NCBI RefSeq assembly: GCF_964204645.1
Contig: NC_134030.1
Coordinates: 3,204,778 to 3,268,777 of the forward strand
From: Tubulanus polymorphus
Taxonomy: Eukaryota; Animalia; Nemertea
Reading direction: 5' to 3'
DNA: 64,000 nt
Positions 1 to 12,086 of the stretch are shown here, piece after piece. Within the stretch, counting starts at the first letter, position 1; each line of letters opens with the position of its first letter. The notes beneath the pieces were generated by a model that was not told where the DNA came from, searched no databases, and worked only from the letters and a program-made list of their open reading frames with translations. The position numbers were made by a program, and so were the translations under genes.

Positions 1-221
1 GTATAATATGAAAGGTATACGTATATTGTAAAAATGTTTTTCTCCTTCAATTAATCAACGTAAATAAGTACGAGTCATGGTATCAAAATTTCCATGAATA
101 GTTCAACGATTAAGATCAAACGCTATTTCCTGATTTTCGTATATATTTATTATTGTAAATTACATCAACCTCACGCGATTGCAAATTCACGTTTTTTCCC
201 GAGTGTCGAAAATCGGAATTT

Positions 222-3200
222 TCACTTTGTCCAACGGGAAAAACCTATTTCAACGCCCAAAAATATCAGTGAGATAAATACCCCAATTATTAGCATAACA
301 AGAGGTCCCACAAACGTGTTTAAGTAGATGACATGAGTCTCTTCAGGAACGGAATCGGTTGAGAATATTTTGCCGGCACCGACTCGTGGTGCAGCTCGAC
401 TGTTTGTATCCAGCTTCCCGCAGTCGACCGGAGATGTTGCGTGCCACCATTTCTTATAAAGTTCGTCTAAAACTCGGTTTTGTTGCAGTAATGTAACGGC
501 ATCTCGTACTCGAGTGTTATAAGGAGAACCTATCGGCAAAGCTAAGCCGTACTCGTTTGAGTTCAGTAATCCCCCTATTTGAATCAAACTACAGTCACGA
601 GCGCTCACGTATTCCAAAAGCGTACTTTCTCCGAAATAGGCGTAGCCCCCGCGCTTGACGCGACCTATACCACCATAGGCCGACCTGACGTTTGTGGAAC
701 GATTGTAAATTTCTTTGTAGACGGGGTTTGTGGAATATTTCAAAAAGTTACTCGTTACGCCATTTTCAATTGCACCAAATCTGAAACGAGAAATGAATTA
801 TCAATTCCGTTTCCAGATACATATATCAAGGCAGACGGTGTTGGAAGCTGATCAGTTGCATAGTAAGGAGTTGGATTTGACTCGAAATGAAGCAAAATAC
901 TTCATCTCACAACCGGAAGTGAGTCCTGTTTCCAGAAACATTATGATTTAGAATATGGAGATTATCTGGGGAAATGTCATTCTCTTACTTAATCTTTGTG
1001 TTGTTGAGTAGGTCTCTAGCCGAATTGTACTGGATTTCAAAGTCTGTTTCAGTACGAAATGTTTTCATTCCACGAAACAATAAAATCACGTACGTGGCAA
1101 CACTGACAAATCGAAACATCCACCATATAATCATTAGGCTTCTGGATGCTAGAGATCTAGGCTGCCAACTTCCATCTGAAAGAACGTATATTAAACGGGC
1201 TTCTTCTAATTTCTATAACACATCTTACGAGGAATTCTGTATTTGATTCCGCAGGTTTTTACTTTTATTCAGAAGCTTCGCGAGATTGCATTTCCTTGAA
1301 AATCCCTTGCAATGGGTTTGAATGATATAACTTATTGTCAATATATCAAAATACTTGAATAGATTCAATACAATGAATATGACAAGGGAATGTAGGTATA
1401 TCGTCAGTGAATAGAATCACCTTTGACCAGGTCACTACAGCTAACATGTTTACCATACATAATTGACCAGACAAACTTCCAAGCTTTATCTTCAACTTCC
1501 CGGAAGGGATATTTCATTGTTTTTCAATCAAAATTGTTTCGGATTAGGTTTTAATAGTATTTTAAAACCCTAATCCTTACCCTGAATGCCAGGATTCGGG
1601 TATGTTATTAAACCCATATACATATCCGAATGACTGGAACTTCGAAACTATTAAGGCCATTTTTCTACGTAATCTTGTTTCTATTACGGGTGGATGATGA
1701 TAGCAGATTTTTGACACTCACTATATAAAAAGCCCGTAAGAGCCAGCCAAAAACATTCCCGCATCTCGTGGAAACAGTTATTATTCTGTTGCGATTGTCT
1801 TTCTCTTGAATCTTGTACGATTCGATCGAAAACGTCGTAAGGGTTAAAGCGATGGTTCAACAACAATAACAAACTAATCTGAAATACGGAGTATTTTCGT
1901 AAAATAGAATTCAAGACCAGTTCCTCGGAGGTTCGGAATAAGAATATGATTCATTTTCAAATAAAACCCCTGGTTAAGTGTTGGTGGTGATCTTTTGTAA
2001 AATTGTTTTTCATAGGGGTTAGAATAACTAGACAATTGATTGACAACTGCATATCTTACACAATTATCAAAGGATTTGTAGTAGTTTAGACATGAATAGA
2101 ATTGTCTATATCTGATATTATGAAAAATACTATACATGCTATAAGTTGTACTAGGCTATTCTTAATCTGGACTGATTGCATGCCTAATAAAAAAACTCAC
2201 TATAATCCAAGCAAAAATCAGCGAAATCCAAACTCCTGAACTGAACGGCTTTAGGAAATAAAGAATATCGGCGCTAGATTCGTCCGAATCTGTTATCACA
2301 TCCATTTTATTCATCAATATACTGATACCGTATTTCATAAAGGCCGGTGAGAACTGGACAACTGTTGATCGTTTCTTTGTGATCGTCAGGGCTCCGGCAG
2401 CAACATCTGCATTCTGTCGTAAATATCAAAAAGAATTCGATGTCTTCTTGATGGAAATTGTGGACCCATTTTCCGAGTTTCACAAAGTTTATTTGCACCA
2501 TATTTCATTAGAAAAAATAATTGAGTGCAGATAATTCTGCCATACAATACACCTTATTTACAAAGGGGTCAGAAAATGGCCGCCAGAACCAAAAATAATT
2601 TCGCAGGAGATTTTGCAGGTAACACCTACATTGGATATAGATATAATACAATCACACCTGATGATGATCTCTAGGGTGAGATCGAAACGTCGTGTCTTTT
2701 AAATATTTTAGATTTAATAAATAAATTCTGGTTTTTAAATTCTTTTAATCTGTAAATAGTGGGATTTTATCTTATTATCCGTCCGTTCACCACGTTTGAG
2801 TGTGATCATCGTTCTAATACAATCAGGCGTTAGAGAAATATGTACATCCTTATCAAAAGGGAAAAGAGGAATAGAGCGCAATGCGAGTCTGGCTGGAGAC
2901 GAATTCAGTGGGTGTAGTATAACAGTTCATTTGCTTGTTCATTATTATGACGGGCAAGCCGTTTCTTGTACTTTTCCGTGTTGTGTTAAAAAGTGTCTGA
3001 ATGGAATATAAACTTGAATGCCTGTATTAGTGTTTTCATGAATAGTCTACGAATTTCTTCCAAATGATGTTAATCGGGAATCAAGATTTCCGTGTTCACG
3101 AATAGCCCGATTGTATCGTAATATTTTCTTAATATTTACACTTTTTATAGTCACGACTTTTCCTGATGTAAAACCTATTTCTTTGAATCAATATTGATAC

Positions 3201-4043
3201 TGAATGCTAGATTTTTTAACGTCCATCAATAGATTACGTCAACGACTCCAGTCTAGGGTCATGCGTTACGTTCACCGTTCAAAAGGAACGGAAGTAAATT
3301 AGATTCCATGGTCCAAGTCTCTAGAAAGATTGTGTGTACATGCACGACTTACCTTTCCGATCAGTTGTCCGATCATTCCGTCCCACGTTCCATTATATGA
3401 TATTTGGTGGCCATATTTCTCGTCAGGATCGGGATATATAGAATAATTGAAGCCTGCTACACGACTGACTTCATCCATCAGATCTTTGATATAGCCCATA
3501 TAGCGACTGTTTCCCGACAGAGTGGATGCAGCCAGGTCTTCATGTGATTTCAGACGAAGAAATGGCTCTTCCTAGATCGGATCAGACGGAAATGAACTTT
3601 AGATTCACCGATCAACAACTTCTCCATACCGACTATCTTTGATTCCTAGGCTTAATTTGTGTAAGAGTTGACCCCAAATTACACAATTCATGGCTATATT
3701 CGACTGCGGGATTGAATAAGGTTAATTTCCGATGTTCTTGAATGGTAAATGACCGCTAAACTGTTAAATTTCTGAAGTCGTTTTTGCCGATGATGTTTAC
3801 TTTTTCATGATAAAATCAGCGATTGTTACTTACGAGAATTGAAACTACTTTTAAATGTACAGATTTTCCATTATCAGCACCTGAAAGTTTTGAAACCAAT
3901 TACGAAAATCTCTCTTTCGGCCTGTGATATGAATAGTACAGTTTTGAGAGGAGTTTTATTCTAAGATGAATCATTGACTTACTACAAAATAACGTCGGTG
4001 ATAATAGAATCCATAGAAAACCAAGCCACAATTTCAACTGCAT
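222..4043 (-). CDS. Divergent ionotropic glutamate receptor / IR-like subunit lacking the amino-terminal domain (~480 aa, 7 coding exons)
   Basis: GT-AG exons at approx 3983-4043, 3834-3880, 3353-3571, 2201-2413, 1721-1877, 987-1175 and 222-780 splice in frame. Product: signal peptide MQLKLWLGFLWILL, S1 (EEPF...GYIKDLMDEV...WDGMIGQL...ADVAAGALTITKKR), M1 (KPFSSGVW), pore loop (FWLALTGFLYNG...PRSLASR), S2 (GVT, YAYFGEST, YGLALPIGSPY, LYKKWW) and M4. Confidence 0.9.
2654..2695 (+). ncRNA. Minimal type-I hammerhead ribozyme (Penelope-like element remnant)
   Basis: acac-CTGATGA-t-GATCTC(tagggt)GAGATC-GAA-ACGT-C-gtgt: stem I acac/gtgt, 6-bp stem II, palindromic stem III ACGT and a GUC cleavage triplet. 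AATAAA follows about 20 nt downstream. Confidence 0.8.
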
Positions 4044-4419
4044 CACTCCGTTACGTTATATACGTCGATATATACTAAAATAACATTGAATAGGACGAAT
4101 TGTAGTCGCTTATTTTATGGCATTATTCTATTACGTGACGGAGTCTGTAATTAAGGTCAGATTCCTAGATAGTAATTGGGTCTCGTTTGTATGCGTGAAA
4201 TTCGATTAATGGTCTTTGTAAATATTTTCACGAATACCGGCTCTCAACTACTGTCGTTTATAACGAATTCTTCATCTACTTCTGAGTACTACTCTGGTCT
4301 CACAGCACCACTGACGCGGGGGAGTGTCGGGTTGAAATTGTACTGCCCCCAGACGCTATCTGAGCGTTTATGGTGATTTTCTACAAGGCAGGATTCTACA
4401 AGGCCACACGACACCCTCC

Positions 4420-6020
4420 GGTGCTGCCGCTATGCTCATAATTAAGCGGATTTTTCACACACTAATGTAAATCGACTCTGGCAATCTAGGAGAGTCTATT
4501 GCCAGAGTCAGTTCGTGTTAGTTTATGCAAAATCCGCTAATGTCGATCATAGCGACGGCACCGTACAGCATAATTTACTGACACTAAATCAGTGGCCCGT
4601 GATGCTAAATGATGGTCGTGATTCAGAGTGGCCCTGATGCTAAATACAAGATGTACAGGGGTGTCCCGGGATCGAACCCAGTAATTACTGAGACTGATTC
4701 AGAGTGGTCTGATGCTGAATAGAGGATGTACAGGGGTGTCCCGGGTTCGAACCTAGTAATTACTGACACTGATGCTGAGTTTTACTGGCACTCATGAAAT
4801 AGGATGTGATGCCACTTTATACCGTCTGGTGCTGCCGCTATGCTCAAGATAAGCGGATTTTTCATACACTAACGTGAATCGACTCTGGCAACCTAGGAGA
4901 GTCTACTGCCAGAGTCAGTTCGTGTTAGTTTATGCAAAATCCGCTTATGTCGATCATAGCGGCAGCACCGTACAGCATAATTTACTGTATAGATCCCGAT
5001 ACTTGTGTAAACAGTATGTTGTGTAAATAACGTTACTTATGTTTTTAAGTCGTATTTACTAAATCAGTGTATTCGTAGACACAGTGGTCTTGGTGCTTTG
5101 TGGAGAATGAAGGATGTCCTGGGTTCGAACCCGGTAATTACTGATACTGATTCAGAGTGGTACTGACGCTGAATAGATGATGAATAGGGGTGTCCCGGGT
5201 TCGAACCCAGTAATTATTCACCAAGTCCTGCAGTGAGGCTGTCTCCACAGTAATCCGTCGCTCTACAATCCTAGTGTACCCACCTGGGGTACAACAAACA
5301 CTTAAGGTTCTTGGTGAAAGTAATTACTGATGCTGATTCAGAGTGGTCCTGACGCAGAATACAAGATGTACAGGGGTGTGCCGGGTTCGAATTTGGTAAT
5401 TACTGACACTAATTCGGAGTGGTCCTGATGCTGAATGGAGGATGTACAGGGGTGTCCCGAGTTCGAACCCAGTAATTACTGATGCCGACTCAGAGTGGTC
5501 CTGATGCTGAATAGAGGATGTAAAGGGGTGCCCAGAGTCCGAACCCATTAATTACTGACACTAATTCAGAATTGTCCTGATGCTGAATGGAGGGATAAAC
5601 AGTGGTGTCCCTAGTAATTATTGATGCCTACTCGGGGTGGTCTTGATGCTGAATAGAGGATGTAAAGGGGTGCCCAGAGTTCGAACACAGTAATTACTGA
5701 TACTGACTCGGAATGGTCCTGATGATAAAGAGAGGATGTACAGGGGTGTCCCGGGTTCGAACTGGGTATTTTTTTACTGACTTGATTCAGAGTGGTCCTG
5801 ATGCTGAATTAAGAATGTACATGGATGTCCTGGGTTCGAACCCAGTTATTAATGATACTGAGAAAATTGAAATCGACGTGCTGCCCAGTACACCGTCCGG
5901 TGCTGATATTGCGCTATGCTCAACATTAGTGGATTTTTCATACACTGACGTGAATCGTCTCTGGCAACCAAGGAGAGTTGACTGCCAGAGTCAGTTCGTG
6001 TTAGTTTATGCAAAATCCGA
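4420..6020. repeat. Three copies of a ~140-bp imperfect hairpin (4420-4562, 4828-4969, ~5899-6020)
   Basis: Nested paired arms ggtgctgccgctatg/catagcggcagcacc, gcggatttt/aaaatccgc, actaac/gttagt and gactctggca/tgccagagtc recur in the copies. The third copy is truncated. Confidence 0.85.
4580..5860. repeat. ~74-bp tandem satellite with palindromic B-box-like core gggttcgaaccc
   Basis: Unit agtaattactgacactgattcagagtggtcctgatgctgaatagaggatgtacaggggtgtcccgggttcgaaccc repeated about 10 times in blocks 4580-4800, 5080-5215 and 5318-5860. Confidence 0.9.
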
Positions 6021-7070
6021 GCATAGTAAATCTTAAGAATCGGCAGAACATAGCGTCAAAACCACTCACTGGTGAACTAATTAAGTTCAGAGTAGCTAAT
6101 TAACTAAACAAAAAGTGTTTCAAACAATTATATTTACTCACATACAACAATTATACAAAATGCCAGGTTTGTGCTTGAGGAATTATAACTTAAGTTCCTC
6201 AAACACGTGGACTGATTTCAAAAACAATCCAATCATGGACGTATAAACTTTAAACGAGAGTTTATACGCTCATGATCCAACCATAGACTATAAAACAAAA
6301 ACGTCTATGGCCCAACCATGGACTCTTAAACTGTGAGAGCCCATGGCTCCCCGCACTAAAACCAGAGACAAACCTGGCCAAATACTCTGGAAAGCGTAAG
6401 ATTTTAAGTAATCGATCTGATTTACATTTTTACTCTTATAAGTTGACCCGGCCGGTAGCTGATCTACCTTAGGCCATATATGACTTTCTTTAAGAATCAT
6501 GATCAAGCTAACTATAACAGACCCGGCAGATGGAAATGAACTGATTACAAATTTCATTGATTTATGAAATGACCCGGCCGATCAGGAAAAACAAGGTATC
6601 ATTTTTAGCTTATATTAGATTATTCAATAATAAAATTACTAGATTTTAATATCACATATGCTACTACATCATGCAAGGTATTTCAAGATTTTTTTTATAC
6701 ACCAAACATATTTCCACTGCAATTGATTCATACAATTTGAATCAAAAGGAAAATAACAAAATTTCACAAAGAATTGTAAACTTTGATCCATAAAACACCG
6801 ACAATTGGGATTAGTCTGAATGTCTAAGACTGATAATTCATGATGTCACCGGGCATAAGTGACACTTGGCTATTTCATGAAATATGAAGCATTCAATCAT
6901 ATATCAACTATTCTAATTACAATGTAAGAGAGATTTAAGATATTCTGTTTATACAAAAACTTTATACCCGGTAACACATCTCCAACATATAAAGATTAAA
7001 ACTGGACATAAAACAACAAATTCACTCTCTCAAATAATCAATCTCTAATCAAAAAACCGAAACTTAGCTC

Positions 7071-8481
7071 TGTATTCGAGGAATTATCATGTAAGTTCTT
7101 CGTTAACAAATCGGTGAACTGTATTCGAAAAACAGTTCAACATACAAGCATTAAAACTAGAGATAAAACCTACAGATTCTGTGGAAAGCTTGAGATTATT
7201 TAATCAATCTTTATTTTCATTTTCATTAACATCATTTTACAAGATAGTTTTTCCAACTTTGCCTGAGATTTTCAAACATTACCAACGTTATTTTCTCCAA
7301 ATTGCTACGTTTAATGCAAAGTATTTAAGGTTTTTTAATCAAGATATATTGAGTATCATCATATAGATATTGTTCAACTATTCATTTGAATACAGCTAAG
7401 TCAATTACAAACAACAGTTGAGATATCCACAATTATCTACAACTTTTTTCGATATTTGTGCAGATTTGAATCAGGCTCATCATAGTCTAGTGCCTTAATT
7501 CTAAGCACAGCCAGTTGACTCGCACTGGATCCTCCATAATCATAGTCCACGTAAAACCTGTCCAACATTGTATGTAGGTACGGAAGCGATAAAGGGCCTC
7601 GAGTTGTCGCGTTCCAACTCGTCAAGTCGACATATTTATGTCGACATATCGCGATATATCGCATCAAGTCGACATGAATATGTCGTCATATCGTGACGTT
7701 TTCACGACAAATTTCGCTCTCTCGACCACTTTCCTCGCGACAAGTCGACATATTCATGACGACTTGAAACTCAGTCGTCATATTACTATTGTCCTCATCT
7801 TACATTTAGACGTGTTTTCAAATGACGGCTTGTCCCGCGGAAAATGGGCGAAAAAGCGAAATTTGTCGTGAAAACGTCACGATATGTCGACATATTCATG
7901 TCGACTTGACGCGATATATCTCGATATATCGACATAAATATGACGACTTGTCGAGTTGGAATGCGACATCTCGAGGCCCCTTATCGCTTCCGTATGTAGG
8001 AGTTATGAAAAATAAATAAACTTTACATAGACATTGTAAAACCGACAACCCAAACAGGACAATTTACTAATATGAACATTGTTCATAAATCCCCATTTAT
8101 AAAAAGAACTGCTCCTCTTTATTTGATAGCACCTCAGTTCGATAGTTGCTATAAACTTTACTTAACAATTGAAGAGTTTAAAGAAGAATAATGAACACGT
8201 ATGTGTCATTTTATTCTTTCATTTTATTTCATGACAAAAGTTTACCTCGCTACAGGTATGTACTCGAGGAATTATCATGTAAGTTCCTAGTTAACAAGTG
8301 AACTGTATTTTAAAAACAGTTCAACATAAAAGCATTAAAACTAGAGACAAATCCTACAAAGTCATCCTAGAAAGCTTAGAATTAACTTAACGTTCTAAAT
8401 TTCATTTTCGTTAACATCATTTTTACTAGAAAACTAGAGTTTTCGCTGCACCTTGTTTTAACTAAAGATTTTCAAACATTA
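7071..8481. repeat. ~200-bp direct duplication (7071-7281 and 8259-8481)
   Basis: Both copies contain cgaggaattatcatgtaagttc...aaaacagttcaacata...gcattaaaactagag...ttttcaaacatta. Confidence 0.8.
7579..7994. mobile_element. Non-autonomous DNA transposon, IS3EU-like
   Basis: TIRs of ~140 bp with TACGG...CCGTA termini. 6-bp TSD tgtagg at 7573-7578 and 7995-8000. Confidence 0.85.
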
Positions 8482-10273
8482 TCAGTTCACTCATGTAATA
8501 CAACGTTATTTCAGGGAAAACATGACAATAATTTTACCATCGATAACTAATCACGTTTATAGCTGTTTAACATTCTTTCTAAAAAAGAGTAAATTGTATT
8601 TCCCAGATATTATCCCTAAAACAATTAACAGTTACAGCAGTGGTAGGGTGTGCTATAGGTAAAAGGACACGTGATCTTTAATCAGTTATTTGAAGCATTC
8701 TATCGAAACAGATATTTGTGTGTTTGATTTAGTTAAGGTTTATGGTTATTTGTTTTTTCTATTACTGAGCCGATAGAACGCTTAAAACAACAACAGAAAC
8801 GATCTCAAGAGGTTGGGAAACACGGAGAAGGTTGTTCTATGAAAGAAGAACCTTTAATAATTAGATTAAGTTAATTAGAAAAAATTCCTGATGATGAAGG
8901 TCTACATTAATTTGTTTAATTGTTTGTTGGTTTTGGTTTATTTTCTTATTACTTGTAATTTTATTTGTTTTTTTTATATTAATTATTTTGTTATGTAGTT
9001 TTCATTTATCTTTCTAATTATGTTCTATGTATATTGTACTATTTATTACTATTTACATCATCAGGAATTTTTTTATTATGGCCTCACTTTTAAAAGTGCT
9101 ACAAATTCACTGCTGCACCTAAATAATCTATTGAACACCCCGATTTGAAGTTAAGAGATCATTAGTATGAAAGCCACTCAACATAATGATATGAATGACG
9201 ATGAAAGAAGTTAAAACAGCTATAAACAAAATTAAAACGATCAAAACTATTGCTGGCCATTATTATTTATTCCTTTATATCACATTATTCCTAGTATTAC
9301 CTCTTATACCTCTGTGGATACAATGTACTACGACATACCTAGCTAGGATCACCTACATGGAAGCACAATTCTAAACTCTATGAAAATCGAGATATTCTAC
9401 TCATTAGTCAAATCGCTTTAACGGGCCTTAAAATTATGGCATCAAAAAATAAATCAACACTTTGGTATATAAACTTATTATTTGTACACAGAACACTGCC
9501 TAATATTATATAGTTTCCTTAACTATACGTGATGATATTCAGGGGGCGTAGCCAGTTTGTACTGAAGGCCAGGCCCTTCACTTTTTGGCCAAGGAATCAT
9601 ATTCAAAACATCTTTATTCAAAACCCATTAACTTGCTGGGTGAGTTTAGGTAGCCAAAGTAATTACGTACCAACTTCCATTATTGCGTTTAAAAGGTTCA
9701 ACTGTTTAACTGACTACGCTCTCCCTTTTGAACATTAAGGCTATGCAAATCATTAAATTATTTTCACTCTCAGGAAATATAAAATGAATCACTATTTCTA
9801 AGATTAATCGAATAAAGACCAATGGACTATTTCATTATTACAAATCATGAAAAGCTATGTTTAACTAAGTATGAAGATTATCTGAACTATCCCATTGATT
9901 CTATATCTCAGTTTAGGTGTATTTCAACTGACCTACGAGTCGAGACGCTAAAAGCTATCAACACTATGAATTAATGGAGCGTAGATTTTATGAGACTCCC
10001 AGAAGGAACTTTCTGTCATATTACAAAGGACATGACTCATCTGTTTACAAACCGAAAACATTTTGCCTAATCAATATATGAATAGTTCCTTCTCAGGCCC
10101 AGAGTCCTAATTAACTAACTTCAATTTTCATTAATCAACATTAAAACTATTTCTTTATTTCCGCCTCTTCAAATAGACAGTGAATTTTAAGACGCATTTT
10201 GGAACACATGTTACACATCAGACTGGTTTGTAAAAAGGTAATGCTCAAAATAAATCAATACTTTACATATTCT

Positions 10274-10443
10274 ACTGACGTTGCTGCTCCTGAATAAGTG
10301 TTTATAAGATACGCATTGTCTATGCTGCTCCTGAGAAAGTGTTTATAAGACACGCATTGTCTGTGCTGCTCCTGAATAAGTGTTTACGCATTGTCTCTAC
10401 TGCTCCTGAATAAGTGTTTATAAGACACGCATTGTCTGTGCTC
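10274..10443. repeat. ~41-bp minisatellite, about 4 copies
   Basis: gctgctcctgaataagtgtttataagacacgcattgtct repeated. Confidence 0.9.
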
Positions 10444-11790
10444 CACCTACTGTAGAAGAAATCCATCATTGGGCGATAAACCACTGCTGGCTGAATTTCT
10501 CATCTGGACTACTAGGCCTATGTAGTTCAATTCAAGTCGGAATCTTCTGTTGGCTGCTTTAATCATTCAATTCTTGATGGTTAGTTGATCTTAGTATGAG
10601 CTATTTCTTATAGATGTGATTTTATGGCTAAAATGAGTAAAAGAAGATATCCAATTATCATACAATATCTTGCAAAATACACAAATCTTCATATAGCATT
10701 AATTATAATAAATTTCCATGTAAATCAACTTACCTTTTAAGATAACTGGGTTTAGTATCGGCTAGGAGTTCTCAGTTGGTGTATGAGTTCAATTTGAGTT
10801 GGACTCGTTCTGTTGACTGTTCTAATCGATAGATTCTAGTTAGTTAGTTGATCTTAGTGTGAGCTTTTATCTTATAGATGTGATTTTTTGGCTGAAACGA
10901 GTGAAAAACAAATATCCGGTAATCACACAATTCTTTATTAATCATAATACTTTCGATGTCAATCAGCCTACCTTTCAATGCTGAGTTTAGTATCGGCTAG
11001 GATTGTCTAAGTTGGTTCATGAGTTAAATTTGTTGAGGTAGTTGATGATTTCAATTCAAGTTGGAATCGTCTGTTCGCTATTCTAATCATACATTTTTGA
11101 CTAGTTAATCTCAGGCTGAGATTTTTTTTATAGATGTGATTTTTTAGCTGAAACGAGTAAAAAAAGAAAATATCCTGTATTCACACAACTCTTTATATAG
11201 CATTGACCGTAATAATTTCCATGTAAATCAACCTACCTTTCAAGATTGCTGAGTTCATTAACGGCTAGAATTGATGAGTTCAATTCAAGTTGTGTTGGCG
11301 GTTCTGATCAGTAGATTTTGACTAGTTAATCTTAGGCTGAACATTTCCTTTTAGATGTGATTTAGCTAAAATGATTAATAGAGAATATTCACACAATTCT
11401 TTATATAGCATTGATCATAATAATTTCAATGTAAATCAAGTTACCTTTAACGATTGCTATGTTCAGTATCGGCTCAGATCGTCTCTTTGTCATTGGTTGG
11501 TGAATGCAATGCTATGGTGTTTTTGGGGGCTGTCGTCAGATCATTTCAGTCTCAGTGGCAGCTGAATCTGACGGTAGGTTAAGATGCCGGATATATATCA
11601 GATCAGTAATGTGGACCGGTGCGTAGATTTTGATAATTAAATGCCTCTTATTTGCACTGTTTTCTTATCGGCAGATTTTAAACAAGTTGTTGATCTCAAA
11701 CGTGGCAGTTTCATATAGATAGGATTAAGCTGTAATGAGAGAACAAAGATATCCTGTAAATACAAATATTTCATTCAGAATTAATTCAAA

Positions 11791-12086
11791 CTAGTAGAAA
11801 GCCCGTGGAAACCACGGGGATTTTTAAACGTAGAACTTTCCAACTTATTATTCATTGCAAGTGAATTGAGTAGGAGCATTTTAAAGTGGCCTATTATGTG
11901 GTGTGATCACCCGTGCCCATAGAGAACATGCGGAATCTCGGGACCGACTTGACCTGTGCCCGAGGATACTGGGACCCTTAATCACATACTGAAAATTTCT
12001 TCCGCCCCTGGGAGGCCCAAGGTAACAGAACAATAGATAAAAATAAATATGTAAAGTACCGATATTTGAACACGCCCTATATAAGA
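11791..12086 (-). mobile_element. Non-autonomous Helitron
   Basis: Minus strand reads A|TCTTATATAGG ... cccgtgg-ttt-ccacggg hairpin, ctttcta, CTAG|T. Inserted between A and T with no TSD. Confidence 0.8.

Noticed and set aside
4580-5860. tRNA gene cluster
   Set aside because: Only a T-loop/B-box-like motif is present. No cloverleaf with acceptor, D and anticodon arms could be built.
8879-9073. Hammerhead at cctgatgatg (8886)
   Set aside because: No stem II/GAAA core follows. It is just one arm of an ~18-bp inverted repeat.
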